In this document: in pieces, positions 4,927 through 15,513 of the stretch
How the letters are laid out: each line of letters opens with the position of its first letter
Position numbering within the stretch: position 1 is the first letter of the stretch
Origin: a virus
Taxonomy: Duplodnaviria; Heunggongvirae; Uroviricota; Caudoviricetes
Reading direction: 5' to 3' (one strand)
Virus record (IMG/VR): IMGVR_UViG_3300042473_000506
Length of the DNA: 64,000 nt
Position numbers and translations under genes: made by a program
Notes under the pieces: generated by a model
What the model saw: only the letters and a program-made list of their open reading frames with translations
What the model was told of the DNA's origin: nothing
The model's database searches: none

Positions 4927-5412
4927 TTACTTTTCTACTACACCGACAAGGTGTAGCCTAGGGTCATCAGAGCAATTCATAAAAGTGTGGGGCTTTCGAG
5001 TATCAACCCACCAAACTAATTTTTTATTCAAGTGTATTATTCTACCAGATTGAAAAACAAAATAGCAACTAGGATTAGTTATTAAAGGTATGTGTATTCT
5101 TGGAGTTTCGTCTCGATGGATACTATAACATGCATAAGGGTCTACCCACATTAATCTAGTTCTAGTTAATTTATATTGAGCTATTATATTTTCAAATATA
5201 GTATTTTTAAAAAATGGATTTAAATTAGTATATGTTAATTCCTGTCCAGTACTTCTTCCTACTGCACTAGTCCAAGGATCTTCATTATCTTTAAACTGAA
5301 CTCCGGCTTGTCGCCCTTTGTGTCCGTAGGATGTCCATTGGATGTTTTCTTCAATTAGATTAAAGGCATCTAATATTTCTTGTTCGTCAATTTTTCCTAA
5401 AACTTTTATCAT
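4927..5412 (-). CDS. 2OG-Fe(II) oxygenase (Asp/Asn beta-hydroxylase-like)
   Basis: HRD...RIHIPLITN...HTFMN...RLHLV. Confidence 0.75.
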   Translation of the reverse strand: MIKVLGKIDEQEILDAFNLIEENIQWTSYGHKGRQAGVQFKDNEDPWTSAVGRSTGQELTYTNLNPFFKNTIFENIIAQYKLTRTRLMWVDPYACYSIHRDETPRIHIPLITNPSCYFVFQSGRIIHLNKKLVWWVDTRKPHTFMNCSDDPRLHLVGVVEK

Positions 5413-5460
5413 GCTAAAATTATATCCGCGGCTTGGTCTTCAGTAATTCGTTGTCAACCA

Positions 5461-5964
5461 CTATTTTCCAAATGTTATGGTATGCACTTTGTAACTACTA
5501 TTTAATGCAAAATCTAACACATCTACTACTTCATTAACTGATAATCTATTACCTAGAATATGTTTAACTCTGTTAGTATCGATTAATCCCGGCTTTAAAT
5601 TAATTATATATGGTAAGGTAAACTCTTTAGACTTGCAAAATATATCCTGTAGTTCTTTATCTTTGCAATATTTTTCAGGACCAGTAGTGTATCGGGATGA
5701 TATATTAACAATAACTTTGTTTGTTCCTTCCCATAGCGTGTAAACTTCTTTTAATAATTGTAACTGAGAATCATCAAAATTATTGTATGCATTGTTGATA
5801 AACATATCAGCATCTTTAATTTCTTCTAAAATTTTAATTCTGGATACCGGACTGAATATGTTGTAACCGTTGCTTCTTGAAAATCCAAGAACATCGTGCG
5901 ACTGAAAATGATCAAAGAACGCTTTCCCTAATCCTTGTGTATGACCTGTTATTGCAATTTTCAT
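5461..5964 (-). CDS. Short-chain dehydrogenase/Rossmann-fold protein
   Basis: IAITGHTQGLG, FINNA, IVNISS. Confidence 0.8.
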   Translation of the reverse strand: MKIAITGHTQGLGKAFFDHFQSHDVLGFSRSNGYNIFSPVSRIKILEEIKDADMFINNAYNNFDDSQLQLLKEVYTLWEGTNKVIVNISSRYTTGPEKYCKDKELQDIFCKSKEFTLPYIINLKPGLIDTNRVKHILGNRLSVNEVVDVLDFALNSSYKVHTITFGK

Positions 5965-6608
5965 AGTTTACACTTTAATCTCAGACTTAATCCAATTTTA
6001 GGAACACGGTTAGTAGTAACTGAGAAGTGTAACTGGTTGCATGGGAAACTAACTAAACTTCCTATTTTCCAACTAATTATAGTGTCAATGCTCATTCCGT
6101 CTAATGTTGAATCTGTGAAAATTATACCTAACTCGTTTAATCGAGAATCCCACTTGTTATACTCAAGTCCTTGAATATCTTCATAACTTGTAACCATATT
6201 GTTCCATCCCTTAGTCCAAGGCTGTTTGACAAAGGTAGTTGCTTCACCTAGCCATTTTTGATTTAACAATAGCAAATACGAAACACTATCTTCAGGAATA
6301 TATAAAGGAAACAAAAAAACTGTATAATCTAAACTGTGAGTATTGTCTTTACCAGTATCAACGTGAATGGGATACTGACTTGCAGTTTCGAGATAGTTCC
6401 CACTAGGTTCGTCATCTAAAATAACATAACCTAAAGACTCAATAAATGTGTATAATTCAGGTATATCTGTTCGAGTAGGAGGTGTTCCTCTAAGATCTTT
6501 TCCTTTAAAGTTGGTATCATAGGATTGTTGTTTTTTATAAAAGTCTAGCATCTTTGCTACTAGATCTAAAGGAACTGTGTCTTTTGACCAAGAAATAATT
6601 TTGCTCAT
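5961..6608 (-). CDS. Hypothetical, possible 2OG-Fe(II) oxygenase fold
   Basis: HVD...LH spacing. Confidence 0.5.
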   Translation of the reverse strand: MSKIISWSKDTVPLDLVAKMLDFYKKQQSYDTNFKGKDLRGTPPTRTDIPELYTFIESLGYVILDDEPSGNYLETASQYPIHVDTGKDNTHSLDYTVFLFPLYIPEDSVSYLLLLNQKWLGEATTFVKQPWTKGWNNMVTSYEDIQGLEYNKWDSRLNELGIIFTDSTLDGMSIDTIISWKIGSLVSFPCNQLHFSVTTNRVPKIGLSLRLKCKL

Positions 6609-6612
6609 AATA

Positions 6613-7620
6613 TCAAGTCATCCACCAAAATAGCCTGTTAGACCAGCCTTTTGTATTCCATTTCATATCCCAATCTTCTGCCCAACTTTTATAAAAATAT
6701 AAATTAGATCCTCTTGCACCGTCTACATAGGGTATTGTTTGATAATCATCAAGTTTTTCTAACACGTTCATAGGAAAATATAAAAGACTGGCATGCTTAG
6801 GATGCACGATAAGATGTGTATCTATACGTCCCCAATAGTTTTTAGCAGTATGATAATCTTGTATAGTATAAGGAGTCATTGCAAAATTTATACTAACATC
6901 GCTGACTTCTTTTAGATCACGGACACCACTTATTAATTCTTCCCAGGAAGATCCTCTGCGAAACCATTCGTATGTTTCTCCATAACCATCTGCACTGACA
7001 CTGCATTTAACAGATTGCCAACCCTTCCATAGTTCATCTCTAAAGGGACTAATGCCGTTTGTTATATATTCTAATGTACAATGACTTCTATCAAACTGCT
7101 GTAAGTATTCTAATATCTTCCAATGGTTAGGGTCGAGAAAAGGCTCGCCGCCGGTAAATTTTAGACAAGTTATCTGCGGTAGTAATTCTCCTAACTCTTT
7201 TAAAAATTCGTCAGTTAATTCAAAACTATCGGAAGCTATCGGAGTTATCTTTAAAAACTTTTTCCATCCTGTAGATAACTCAGGACCACAATGAGCACAA
7301 GTTAGTTGGCACTTGTTACTCATTTTAAATTGAATTGTTTTTAATGTCCTATCTTGTGTGGCAAACGGTGTACTGGTACGCATACTAGGTTGATCTGCAG
7401 ATTCTAAAATTTCGCATCTGTTACAAAATGGTCGAGTCTTTTTAGAATAACCGTTCTTTAACTCCTCTCTTAATTCTAGTAATTTAGAATTATTCCATGC
7501 TGCCTGTATTCCGTTATTAATATGTGCTATCCTTGCATCCTTAGACGGTTCTGCACAGCACGGTCGCGTCCATCCGTCTGTTTCGATGCTCATCATATTT
7601 TCTAACCAGGCACATTTCAT
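6613..7620 (-). CDS. Radical SAM protein with N-terminal Cys (twitch/SPASM-like) domain
   Basis: CQLTCAHC, TGGEPF, TNG; start at ATGA overlap with upstream stop. Confidence 0.85.
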   Translation of the reverse strand: MKCAWLENMMSIETDGWTRPCCAEPSKDARIAHINNGIQAAWNNSKLLELREELKNGYSKKTRPFCNRCEILESADQPSMRTSTPFATQDRTLKTIQFKMSNKCQLTCAHCGPELSTGWKKFLKITPIASDSFELTDEFLKELGELLPQITCLKFTGGEPFLDPNHWKILEYLQQFDRSHCTLEYITNGISPFRDELWKGWQSVKCSVSADGYGETYEWFRRGSSWEELISGVRDLKEVSDVSINFAMTPYTIQDYHTAKNYWGRIDTHLIVHPKHASLLYFPMNVLEKLDDYQTIPYVDGARGSNLYFYKSWAEDWDMKWNTKGWSNRLFWWMT

Positions 7621-9047
7621 ACTACAGCATTTGCAAAGTTTTGTGCCAATTGTATTCTTAATTGATTGTTCAAGCCTGGCCAGTGTACTACCCAATCACC
7701 CTGCTGCCACTGTCCGTCGTTGCCTAACATGTCAATTCCGTCGACTCCATACATCTTGTAATCGTAGCTGTTCATAGTACGTTGTGGTACAAGTTTAATA
7801 ATATCCTTGTAGGTAACATAAGTGTCGATAACACACTGCTGATCAAACCATTTCTTATCGTTGAGGTAGTCCTTGCGCTTACCGATCATATCCTCTAACC
7901 ACACCCGACTGTTCTCACTGTTCTTGACAAAGAAGCTGCCTGTGTTAAGACTGGCAATGTCAGTGGCCATGATGATGTCATAGCTGTCATCAATTACATC
8001 TTCTATCTTGCAATTGAAGTTGGTAATCATAGCATCGTTGTCTAACCACCACACCCAAGATAGATTAGGATTATCGTTCATTACTTGCAAAATATGCACA
8101 AACTTATCAAAGTGAACTGCTTCTGAACTAAAGTCGTCCATTTTAGAAAAGGCTTTGTATCCGCGATGTGTTGCATACTTGTCTTTGTTATTGAACCAAG
8201 TGTGTTTGGCAAGTTCAAAATGTGGCTCATTGAACATACTAACAATAGCGTACTTGCTAGGATCACCACGCTTCCAAAGTTGCGGAATACTGTACCACAA
8301 TCCCTCAAAATCAATGTAAGGATCTTTTAAGGACTCTAGTGTGATATGCAGGCTTAGGCTAGGAATAGGACTGAACAACATAACATCGTCTTTGTTCCAT
8401 ACCTGATTGATAGTTTCATTTTCATCTTTACGCAATATCCATTCTGCTGCATCATCAAAGTGTTTGCGATACTTGTCAAATACAGCACGACTGGCTAAGC
8501 AGGTATAGGTACTGTGCTTAACTGTACGATAATGCCTGTGGGGACCAAACAACAAAATGCTAGGGTAAACTTGTGCTGTGTAACGGTACACATCGTCATG
8601 CGGATTGACTGCAATCATCTTGCCTGTTTGCTGCTCAAACTGTGTTACAGTATCTAGCATGTCTTGTATTGCTGTTTGAAAATGCGGATAGTCATCTTCT
8701 GCATGATACCACAAGTCTGTACACTGTTGATCTACAATTTCATAGACTTTCTTGCAAGTGTAGCTAGCACCAGTTCCGCCTGTTACTGCTACAAACTCTG
8801 TAGACGATTTGCATTGTGCAAGGATGATTTTAAAATCAGCAACTGCTTCGGGTGTGCTGTTGTCATCTAAGACTACTAGCTTAACATCGTGCCCTTCACA
8901 GTGATTAATACTATCTACAATACTGCTAAGGCAAACATTTACAAGCTCATGCTTAGGTACTTTGTGATAGCGGCCGCCCATGTTTTCACCGTTGAGCATG
9001 TTAACACGGGTACAAGTTCTTAATACAATTAGTAAGTTTCTTTTCAT
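7617..9047 (-). CDS. Two-domain glycosyltransferase (GT-A plus GMA12/MNN10-like)
   Basis: LDDNS, AEDDY; WVWWLDNDA, LNTGSFF..N, DQQ, HWPG. Confidence 0.75.
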   Translation of the reverse strand: MKRNLLIVLRTCTRVNMLNGENMGGRYHKVPKHELVNVCLSSIVDSINHCEGHDVKLVVLDDNSTPEAVADFKIILAQCKSSTEFVAVTGGTGASYTCKKVYEIVDQQCTDLWYHAEDDYPHFQTAIQDMLDTVTQFEQQTGKMIAVNPHDDVYRYTAQVYPSILLFGPHRHYRTVKHSTYTCLASRAVFDKYRKHFDDAAEWILRKDENETINQVWNKDDVMLFSPIPSLSLHITLESLKDPYIDFEGLWYSIPQLWKRGDPSKYAIVSMFNEPHFELAKHTWFNNKDKYATHRGYKAFSKMDDFSSEAVHFDKFVHILQVMNDNPNLSWVWWLDNDAMITNFNCKIEDVIDDSYDIIMATDIASLNTGSFFVKNSENSRVWLEDMIGKRKDYLNDKKWFDQQCVIDTYVTYKDIIKLVPQRTMNSYDYKMYGVDGIDMLGNDGQWQQGDWVVHWPGLNNQLRIQLAQNFANAVV

Positions 9048-9655
9048 CTGTTCATCATCTGTGTAATGTATGCTGGGTCTGCAATCTTTTCAATCACACA
9101 CTCAATTTCGTAGCAGCCTTCGCTGTGTGTTGTATCTGGCAAACTGTAGTCAAAGCCTGCATCATTATCGCACATATGACGTAAGCGCCATTCACCTAGT
9201 GGGAGTGCCTCTTGGACTTCTGCAAGCAGAGTGCTAGGTAAGTAATAACGAAAATGCCCCGCACCTGCAAAGCGACTGGGCAGATCTTTCTTCTTTTCGT
9301 ATAACAACCAATGTGGTACAACAATTACCATGTAACCTCCCACTTTAAGTACTCGGAACCACTCCTGTAACACTTGTTCCCAATACGGAATGTGCTCAAG
9401 TACATGACTGCTATATACTGCATCTTGGCTAGCATCCTCAAACGGCAGGTGCAACCCGTCGTAGCCCGGATAACCCTGATCAATACCAATTGCATTTTCT
9501 ACAATAGGAACAACTTCTCGTCCTGCATTGTATCCTTGGTATCCAATTTCTAAAATGTTCTTACCGCTTAGGTACTTTTCTAAAAATCCACTTTCAATTT
9601 TCTGAGCATAACTTTTAATACTTTCTATGCCTACTGGTCTATTCTTGTCAAACAT
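9044..9655 (-). CDS. Class I SAM-dependent methyltransferase
   Basis: ILEIGY, SSHVLEHI, RVLKVGG. Confidence 0.85.
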   Translation of the reverse strand: MFDKNRPVGIESIKSYAQKIESGFLEKYLSGKNILEIGYQGYNAGREVVPIVENAIGIDQGYPGYDGLHLPFEDASQDAVYSSHVLEHIPYWEQVLQEWFRVLKVGGYMVIVVPHWLLYEKKKDLPSRFAGAGHFRYYLPSTLLAEVQEALPLGEWRLRHMCDNDAGFDYSLPDTTHSEGCYEIECVIEKIADPAYITQMMNR

Positions 9656-9763
9656 GATCTGTTCCTTTGAGATATTTAGTACATTATATACGCACAGAAT
9701 AAAATTATCTACTACTATATTGATTTTACCATTAACTGTAAATATAATAAACTGGAGTAGGAT

Positions 9764-10042
9764 ATGGGCGATTTCTTTAAATTAGTAGCAGAGTTAGGGT
9801 TTCCAATAGCTGGTGCAATAGCGGCTGGCTACTTTGTTTTCCTAACATTGAAGTTTATTTTAGCTGGTGTAACATCTAGCGTCAACGGAATGGGTGGTAT
9901 TATTAAAGGTCTAGACAGTCGAGTAGATACTATGACCAACCAATTACAACGTATTGATGTTAAAGTAAGTCATGCATTGGGACTACAGCCCGATTATGAT
10001 CGGATTGCTCGTGCTGATCAAGTTGATCAAAGGAAAGACTAA
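9764..10042 (+). CDS. Small membrane protein (holin-like, TM + coiled coil)
   Basis: LGFPIAGAIAAGYFVF; paralogous N-terminus to 10369. Confidence 0.6.
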   Translation: MGDFFKLVAELGFPIAGAIAAGYFVFLTLKFILAGVTSSVNGMGGIIKGLDSRVDTMTNQLQRIDVKVSHALGLQPDYDRIARADQVDQRKD

Positions 10043-10191
10043 TGAATAAGATTAAGCAACTGCAAACTGAACTAGCAAAAGATTTAGTAAATTTTGAACA
10101 GAGCGAGTTAACTGAAGAACAGTTAGAAATGATTGAAGAAACTTATCAGCAAGTATATCTTATTCTCGGCACAGTAGAAAGCACCTTATGA
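10042..10191 (+). CDS. Hypothetical 49 aa
   Basis: TAATG and ATGA couplings to neighbours. Confidence 0.55.
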   Translation: MNKIKQLQTELAKDLVNFEQSELTEEQLEMIEETYQQVYLILGTVESTL

Positions 10192-10367
10192 AATACTTAG
10201 ACTACGACTGGGATCTTCGAAAAGATCGAATTATTCTAGACAGAGAAATTAACATAGACAAGTTAGAGTGGCGTGCTGGAGATCACTTTGAGCTTAAAAA
10301 TATAGACGGGCAAAGTCAATTAGTCAAAGTAGACCCCGTACTAAAATTTACCAAAGGGTATAAGTAA
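10188..10367 (+). CDS. Hypothetical 59 aa
   Basis: ATGA overlap, open frame to TAA. Confidence 0.6.
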   Translation: MKYLDYDWDLRKDRIILDREINIDKLEWRAGDHFELKNIDGQSQLVKVDPVLKFTKGYK

Positions 10368-10368
10368 T

Positions 10369-10731
10369 ATGGATATAGCAGAAATGATCAACAAATATGG
10401 TTTTCCTATTGTTGCTGCGGGCGGCATGGGATACTTTATCTATTACGTGTGGACCTGGGTAACCACAGAAATCAAACCAGTTATAGGACAAGCCAATGGA
10501 ACTCTTATTGCTCTTATTGATCGTATTCGTATGCTGGACAATGACCTTATAAGATTAAATCAAAAAGTTGAAACAGTTATGGAATTGCGTGGCAAGACAA
10601 TTGAGAAAGAACGTATTGCTGCTGATGCATCTATTAACAAAGAACCTGAACCTGTTAAAGAAAAACTATCTCCAATACCTCAGAGAAAATTTACACCTCA
10701 AGAAATTAACGACGCAGCAGCAGACGATTAA
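10369..10731 (+). CDS. Small membrane protein (holin-like)
   Basis: YGFPIVAAGGMGYFIYYVW. Confidence 0.6.
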   Translation: MDIAEMINKYGFPIVAAGGMGYFIYYVWTWVTTEIKPVIGQANGTLIALIDRIRMLDNDLIRLNQKVETVMELRGKTIEKERIAADASINKEPEPVKEKLSPIPQRKFTPQEINDAAADD

Positions 10732-10824
10732 TTTCTTTAATGTTGTCAGAGTTTCCTAAAACAAAATAAGGCCAATAATATGCCAGGATCCAAAGCCTGG
10801 CATATTCATCTAGAACATCTTCTA

Positions 10825-12888
10825 TCACTTTGATGTAGCTCTGTAGGTACCGTCCCAATCTGCGGCTAGATCTCTTGTACGCATCTCAGCAATACGCTCA
10901 ATCCATAATTCGTAATAGTGATCCATCTTGCCGTCAAACTCACCTGTAAGTTCTTGGCACAGTGTAATGGCCTTGTCCCACTGTTGTTGACGATAATATT
11001 CTAACATTAGTTCATGATGCTCTCGAGCCATGATCCAATCTGCTGCCACAGTGGCATCTGGATTGTAAAACACTGTGAATATGTTAACGCCAATAGTCTT
11101 ACCTTTAACAGCAATACAGTCTAATGGAATTGTAAAGTAATTGTCGCCTACTCGAGCCTGTGTAAACTCGCTAATGATGATCAACACACCATAGTTCTTG
11201 GTCTGTCCTTCTAGTCGAGCAGTTAAACTTACTGAGTCGCCTAGTACGTCATAACCAAATCGATCCTTACTACCAATGTTACCAATTAGTGTAGGGCCAG
11301 TGTTGATACCCAATCCGCAACCTACTAAGGGCTTACCTTCTTTGGTAAGTTCAATATTAAACAGCTCAACAGCGTGCAACATTTCAAGACCTGTACGCAC
11401 TCCTGCTAACACATGATCCGGATCTTGTTCTTCTTGAATAGGAGCACCGTGTACGTGTAATGACGCATCACCTATGAACTTGATCAAACACCCATTGTTA
11501 CGCAGTATAGGCTCCGCAATGGCAGTCATGTAACGGTTCATAGTCTGTGTAAATGCCACAACGTCATCACCGTATGTCTCACCTAGTCCCGTAAAGTTAC
11601 GCATGTCGCTCATGATAACAGTTAAATCTTTCTTCTCACCACCCAGTTTGATAAAGCTAGGATCTTTTTGTAAGCGTTCAACAATAACAGGATTTACGTA
11701 ACTGCCAAACTGTTTCTTAATCTGACTCTTCTGTAGGAACTCGCTTACAAACTTGATGCCATAGGCATGCAGAGCGACCAAAGTTGTGCCAACTGCAAAG
11801 GCAGTAGCATCGAATAAGAATAAAAGACTGCTGTAAGCATAGATGCTGCCAGCAATGCCACCGCCAATAATAACAACTGTCGCTGCCAATCCCGCATAGG
11901 TCCACCTCGTTAAAAATAATAGCAATATACCTGCAATTAGAATAGCTACTGTTTCTAAGTCATCTGCGTAGCCTGGACGCTGAATAGTTTTGCCGTTAAG
12001 CATTGTACCTAATAAACTTGCCTGCATATCCTGTGGCCAAATTTCGCCGCGAGCAGTAGCTACTGGTTGAACTAATCCTGCCGCACTTAATCCCACTATA
12101 ACGATTTCACCGTTGAAGTCTTTGGGCAATTTGGCAAGACTGTGTTGCTTGGGTTGCTGGCTCCAATCAATCCATACACGACTCAATGGATCTACGTTGA
12201 TGCGATTCAGTTTAGGAATACGCACTGCTTCAACCCCCATGTCTGTAATCTTAACTTGTATTTTTGTATCTCCTGCCGCAGTCCTAAGTGTTTCTAAACC
12301 GATTGCAGGATGCACAGTTTCTCCGCTTAGTATTAGCAACGGCATACGACGAACAACACCGTCTATTTCAGGAAAAGTATTTACAACACCTACACCAGCC
12401 GCACGTTCTTCTAGCATAGGAACGTTGGCGATAATACCTGGATATTCTACTAGACTACCTTCTGGGTCAACGCCTACAATTTGTACAGCACTTCCGAACG
12501 TCTTATTCTTGCCTGTGGTGCTGGCAACCTGCGGCAGCACCACTGAATATTTTTCTAAGGCTTTGGCCAGTTGAGTATCTTGATTGAATCGATCTGATTC
12601 AGGCATGAGGATATTGAGCACAACAAGTCCAGCGTTTCTATCATATAGGTCTTTAATAATGTCAGCATATAGTCCTCGAGGAAAAGGGAATTGTCCATAC
12701 TTGTCTAATGCAGCTTCATCTATATTAACAGTATGTACAGGAATGTCTTGTTTAGGTTGGCTAATGATAAGTTGATCGAAGTATCGCAGTCTAACTGATT
12801 CAACAAATGCAGGATCTGCAAATCTGACACCTGCTATCAATACCAATGTAATTAATGCCAACCACGGGCTTAGTAATATTTTTTTCAT
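10825..12888 (-). CDS. CHASE2-domain adenylate/guanylate cyclase (class III)
   Basis: IDEAALDKYGQFPFPR (CHASE2), 3 TM, SDMRNFT, KFIGD, GDSVSLTARLE. Confidence 0.92.
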   Translation of the reverse strand: MKKILLSPWLALITLVLIAGVRFADPAFVESVRLRYFDQLIISQPKQDIPVHTVNIDEAALDKYGQFPFPRGLYADIIKDLYDRNAGLVVLNILMPESDRFNQDTQLAKALEKYSVVLPQVASTTGKNKTFGSAVQIVGVDPEGSLVEYPGIIANVPMLEERAAGVGVVNTFPEIDGVVRRMPLLILSGETVHPAIGLETLRTAAGDTKIQVKITDMGVEAVRIPKLNRINVDPLSRVWIDWSQQPKQHSLAKLPKDFNGEIVIVGLSAAGLVQPVATARGEIWPQDMQASLLGTMLNGKTIQRPGYADDLETVAILIAGILLLFLTRWTYAGLAATVVIIGGGIAGSIYAYSSLLFLFDATAFAVGTTLVALHAYGIKFVSEFLQKSQIKKQFGSYVNPVIVERLQKDPSFIKLGGEKKDLTVIMSDMRNFTGLGETYGDDVVAFTQTMNRYMTAIAEPILRNNGCLIKFIGDASLHVHGAPIQEEQDPDHVLAGVRTGLEMLHAVELFNIELTKEGKPLVGCGLGINTGPTLIGNIGSKDRFGYDVLGDSVSLTARLEGQTKNYGVLIIISEFTQARVGDNYFTIPLDCIAVKGKTIGVNIFTVFYNPDATVAADWIMAREHHELMLEYYRQQQWDKAITLCQELTGEFDGKMDHYYELWIERIAEMRTRDLAADWDGTYRATSK

Positions 12889-12891
12889 ATT

Positions 12892-13179
12892 TTATTCCTC
12901 GCAGTTCCAGCGAGACAGTGCTTTGGCTTTAGGAGTTGGACGACCTTTCTCGTCCTTCATAGGGCCTTTGTTACCCGACATGCGAGCACAAAAACTCTTG
13001 CGGCGTTTAGCATCCTTGCTGCCTGCTTTTAATTTACTAGGCTTAGTAGTTACAGCAGTCTTAAGTTTGCTGCCTGGATTCTCTCTACGATAAGCATTAA
13101 CAGCCTTTTGACTAAGGCCATCTGTCTTGTCTTGTTTGTTGACTTTGTTCCAGTCTTCTAAAAGTTCTTGAATCTTCAT
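12892..13179 (-). CDS. Basic hypothetical phage protein
   Basis: RRKSFCARM..SRWNC; CTS-like N-terminus. Confidence 0.7.
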   Translation of the reverse strand: MKIQELLEDWNKVNKQDKTDGLSQKAVNAYRRENPGSKLKTAVTTKPSKLKAGSKDAKRRKSFCARMSGNKGPMKDEKGRPTPKAKALSRWNCEE

Positions 13180-13508
13180 TTCTTAGCCTTCCCTGCTTTC
13201 ATATTGGCCATCCAATGTGCTAACTGACCTTTTCGACCACCTTGCTTGGCAACCTTACGCAGTGTACTTACTGACGATTTAGTAGGAACACCGTGACGCT
13301 TGCTGTCGCCTTTGTCTTGCGGGTTCTTACCATCTGCAAAGTTTTCTTCTAAACTGTGACCACCTTCCATCATAGCATATTCTAATGCTGTAAATTTTGG
13401 AGCAGGTTTATCCGCCATTTCTGCATCAAGTTTAGCCTGTAAACTTTCTGTATAGGTCAATGGCTTCTGCGGTTTGGCAGGTTTTTTAATAAGGTCGTCG
13501 AATCGCAT
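13176..13508 (-). CDS. Hypothetical phage protein
   Basis: TATAAATA upstream, coupled ORF. Confidence 0.7.
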   Translation of the reverse strand: MRFDDLIKKPAKPQKPLTYTESLQAKLDAEMADKPAPKFTALEYAMMEGGHSLEENFADGKNPQDKGDSKRHGVPTKSSVSTLRKVAKQGGRKGQLAHWMANMKAGKAKK

Positions 13509-13527
13509 CAGTTATTTATAGCAAAAT

Positions 13528-15513
13528 TTACTTGTTTCTAATAACTGATACCGAGCAGCCTGCTGGATTTGTACAGGTCTGTTGTAGTGTGTAGGCATCT
13601 CCTACACCTGTTTGTGTGACGCTAACAGTGTTTTTATTACCAATTAAGTTTAATAAAGTACTGTGTCCTGTGCCAGTTTGATTAACTGTTGCTGAGTTGT
13701 TGTCTCCGCTGACATTTACAATGCTTAGATTGTTGCTGCCGGCTTGTGTGTTGTTAACAGTGTTCCAATTGCCTGTTAATGTAGCATAACTTGCATTACC
13801 TGTTCCAGTCTTTTGTGTAATGTTTACAGTATTAATATCCCATGTAGTTTTTACACTAGCGGTATTGTTATTGCTCTGTTGTTGAGCAGTGACTGCATTA
13901 CCATTACCAGCACTTTCAAAATTGAATATATTGTTGTTGACATCACCACCGTTAGCAGTCTGTTGCTTAATGTCAATATTGTTGCCCCAGGCATTCATTT
14001 TAACACCTGCAATATTACCTTGTCCGAACTGTTTTATACTCAGTATGTTGCCGTTGCCATTTAACGTTGCCCACCCGCTGTCGGTTCCTGTAATGGCATT
14101 GTTATTTCCATCTTGCTCTAATGTAACGGAATTGTTTGTGCCAGCCACAACCTGTTTGATATAAATGCTGTTGCCACTAATGTTAGGAGCGGTTCGAGAA
14201 TATGTAGGAGCAGTTCCGTAAGTGGGTGTGATGGTATAGGTAGTGTTAGTAGTGCTACTTGGTGTACCGTTGCTAGTTGTAGTTGATCCGTCACTCCATG
14301 TAGTAGTAGTCACCGGTGTTGTAGTTGTTGTAGTCACTGTAGTTGTTCCTACGAACCCGTCAGTAAAGTTTCCTGTGGTAGTTGGGCGAGTAATTGTTAT
14401 AGATCCAGTGCTTGAACTAGATGAACTTGTGCTAATACTGTTGCTAGTTGATGTACCAACTACCGTTGGTCCTTCGTTGGATACTGCTGCACCTGCTGTA
14501 CCTGGATTGCTAGGTGTGCCACCTGAACCTGTATCACTGCTGGTTACTCCATCATTTAAATCGTAGTAGTAGGTAACTTCAGCAATCTGCACACTATTAC
14601 CGCTGTTATTTTTAATACTTGGAAACTTTATAAAGTAATAGACATAGGCGGTAGTGTTGTCCACTGTTATTTCACCACTGACACTAAATCTAGAATCAGA
14701 TAAAGTCAACGGACCTTCTTTAATCAGAGTCCAGTTAACACCATCATTAGATCCGTATAGTTTATAACTTGCTGGATCTCGTTCAACTGAATCATTAGCA
14801 GTAGTAATGGTAAACTTTTGAACTACACGACCTTGACTTAGTTTAACAGTGACACCTGCGTTCTGTTTATCAAAGTTCAAGTACTTAGTGCCAACGTTGC
14901 CGTCAAAGGCATTAGCAGCACCTTCGTTGCTGGGACTATTATAGCTGGTAGGATAGATGTTGCTGATTACAACTGGCGTGCTGTTGGTTCTAATCATTTG
15001 CCAGTTCGGTGTTGCAGGTGCCGGCTGTGCTGTTTGTCCTGCTGATAACGGTGTTGTGCTAGCAAATGTATAGTTATTTAGGTCACTGCTGGTAACACTA
15101 GTATCCATATTAGTAAATGTAGCACTAGCACCGTAGTTATAACCTTGTGCCGTTGTAATCACATTACCAAAGAACCCAGATCCAATATAGAAGATAGCAC
15201 CATTACCTAGAGCAGTAATATCGCCGTGATCATGGACAATACTGTGTTGTGTGCCGTTGCTGTTCATCAATTTCAATCCGTGCTTCCCTGGATTAGTTGT
15301 GCTATTAAAGAACTGAAAGTATTGTCCTGCGCTAACCGTCACTGTTTGAAAGTTCTTGTTGTAAGGTGCAATAAAGTTGCTGGCATATAATGTGGTACCA
15401 CTCCAGCTGTATTGTACGTCAAATATTTGATTGATGCCAAACTTGCCGTCGGTGATAGCACCAAAGGCATTTGTGCAGACTAGCAACATCATTAAAAATA
15501 TTTGTCTTATCAT
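13528..15513 (-). CDS. Secreted protein: discoidin (F5/8C-like) domain, Thr/Ser linker, curlin-like repeats
   Basis: Signal peptide; NAFDG..TKYL, TANDS.ERDP..LYGSNDG; QxGxxN repeats. Confidence 0.75.
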   Translation of the reverse strand: MIRQIFLMMLLVCTNAFGAITDGKFGINQIFDVQYSWSGTTLYASNFIAPYNKNFQTVTVSAGQYFQFFNSTTNPGKHGLKLMNSNGTQHSIVHDHGDITALGNGAIFYIGSGFFGNVITTAQGYNYGASATFTNMDTSVTSSDLNNYTFASTTPLSAGQTAQPAPATPNWQMIRTNSTPVVISNIYPTSYNSPSNEGAANAFDGNVGTKYLNFDKQNAGVTVKLSQGRVVQKFTITTANDSVERDPASYKLYGSNDGVNWTLIKEGPLTLSDSRFSVSGEITVDNTTAYVYYFIKFPSIKNNSGNSVQIAEVTYYYDLNDGVTSSDTGSGGTPSNPGTAGAAVSNEGPTVVGTSTSNSISTSSSSSSTGSITITRPTTTGNFTDGFVGTTTVTTTTTTPVTTTTWSDGSTTTSNGTPSSTTNTTYTITPTYGTAPTYSRTAPNISGNSIYIKQVVAGTNNSVTLEQDGNNNAITGTDSGWATLNGNGNILSIKQFGQGNIAGVKMNAWGNNIDIKQQTANGGDVNNNIFNFESAGNGNAVTAQQQSNNNTASVKTTWDINTVNITQKTGTGNASYATLTGNWNTVNNTQAGSNNLSIVNVSGDNNSATVNQTGTGHSTLLNLIGNKNTVSVTQTGVGDAYTLQQTCTNPAGCSVSVIRNK

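Noticed and set aside
5419-5457. Promoter before the oxygenase gene
   Set aside because: TTGACA and TATAAT are 27 nt apart.
14220-14566. Val-rich plus-strand ORF / tandem repeat
   Set aside because: Antisense shadow of the Thr/Ser-rich linker of the discoidin protein.
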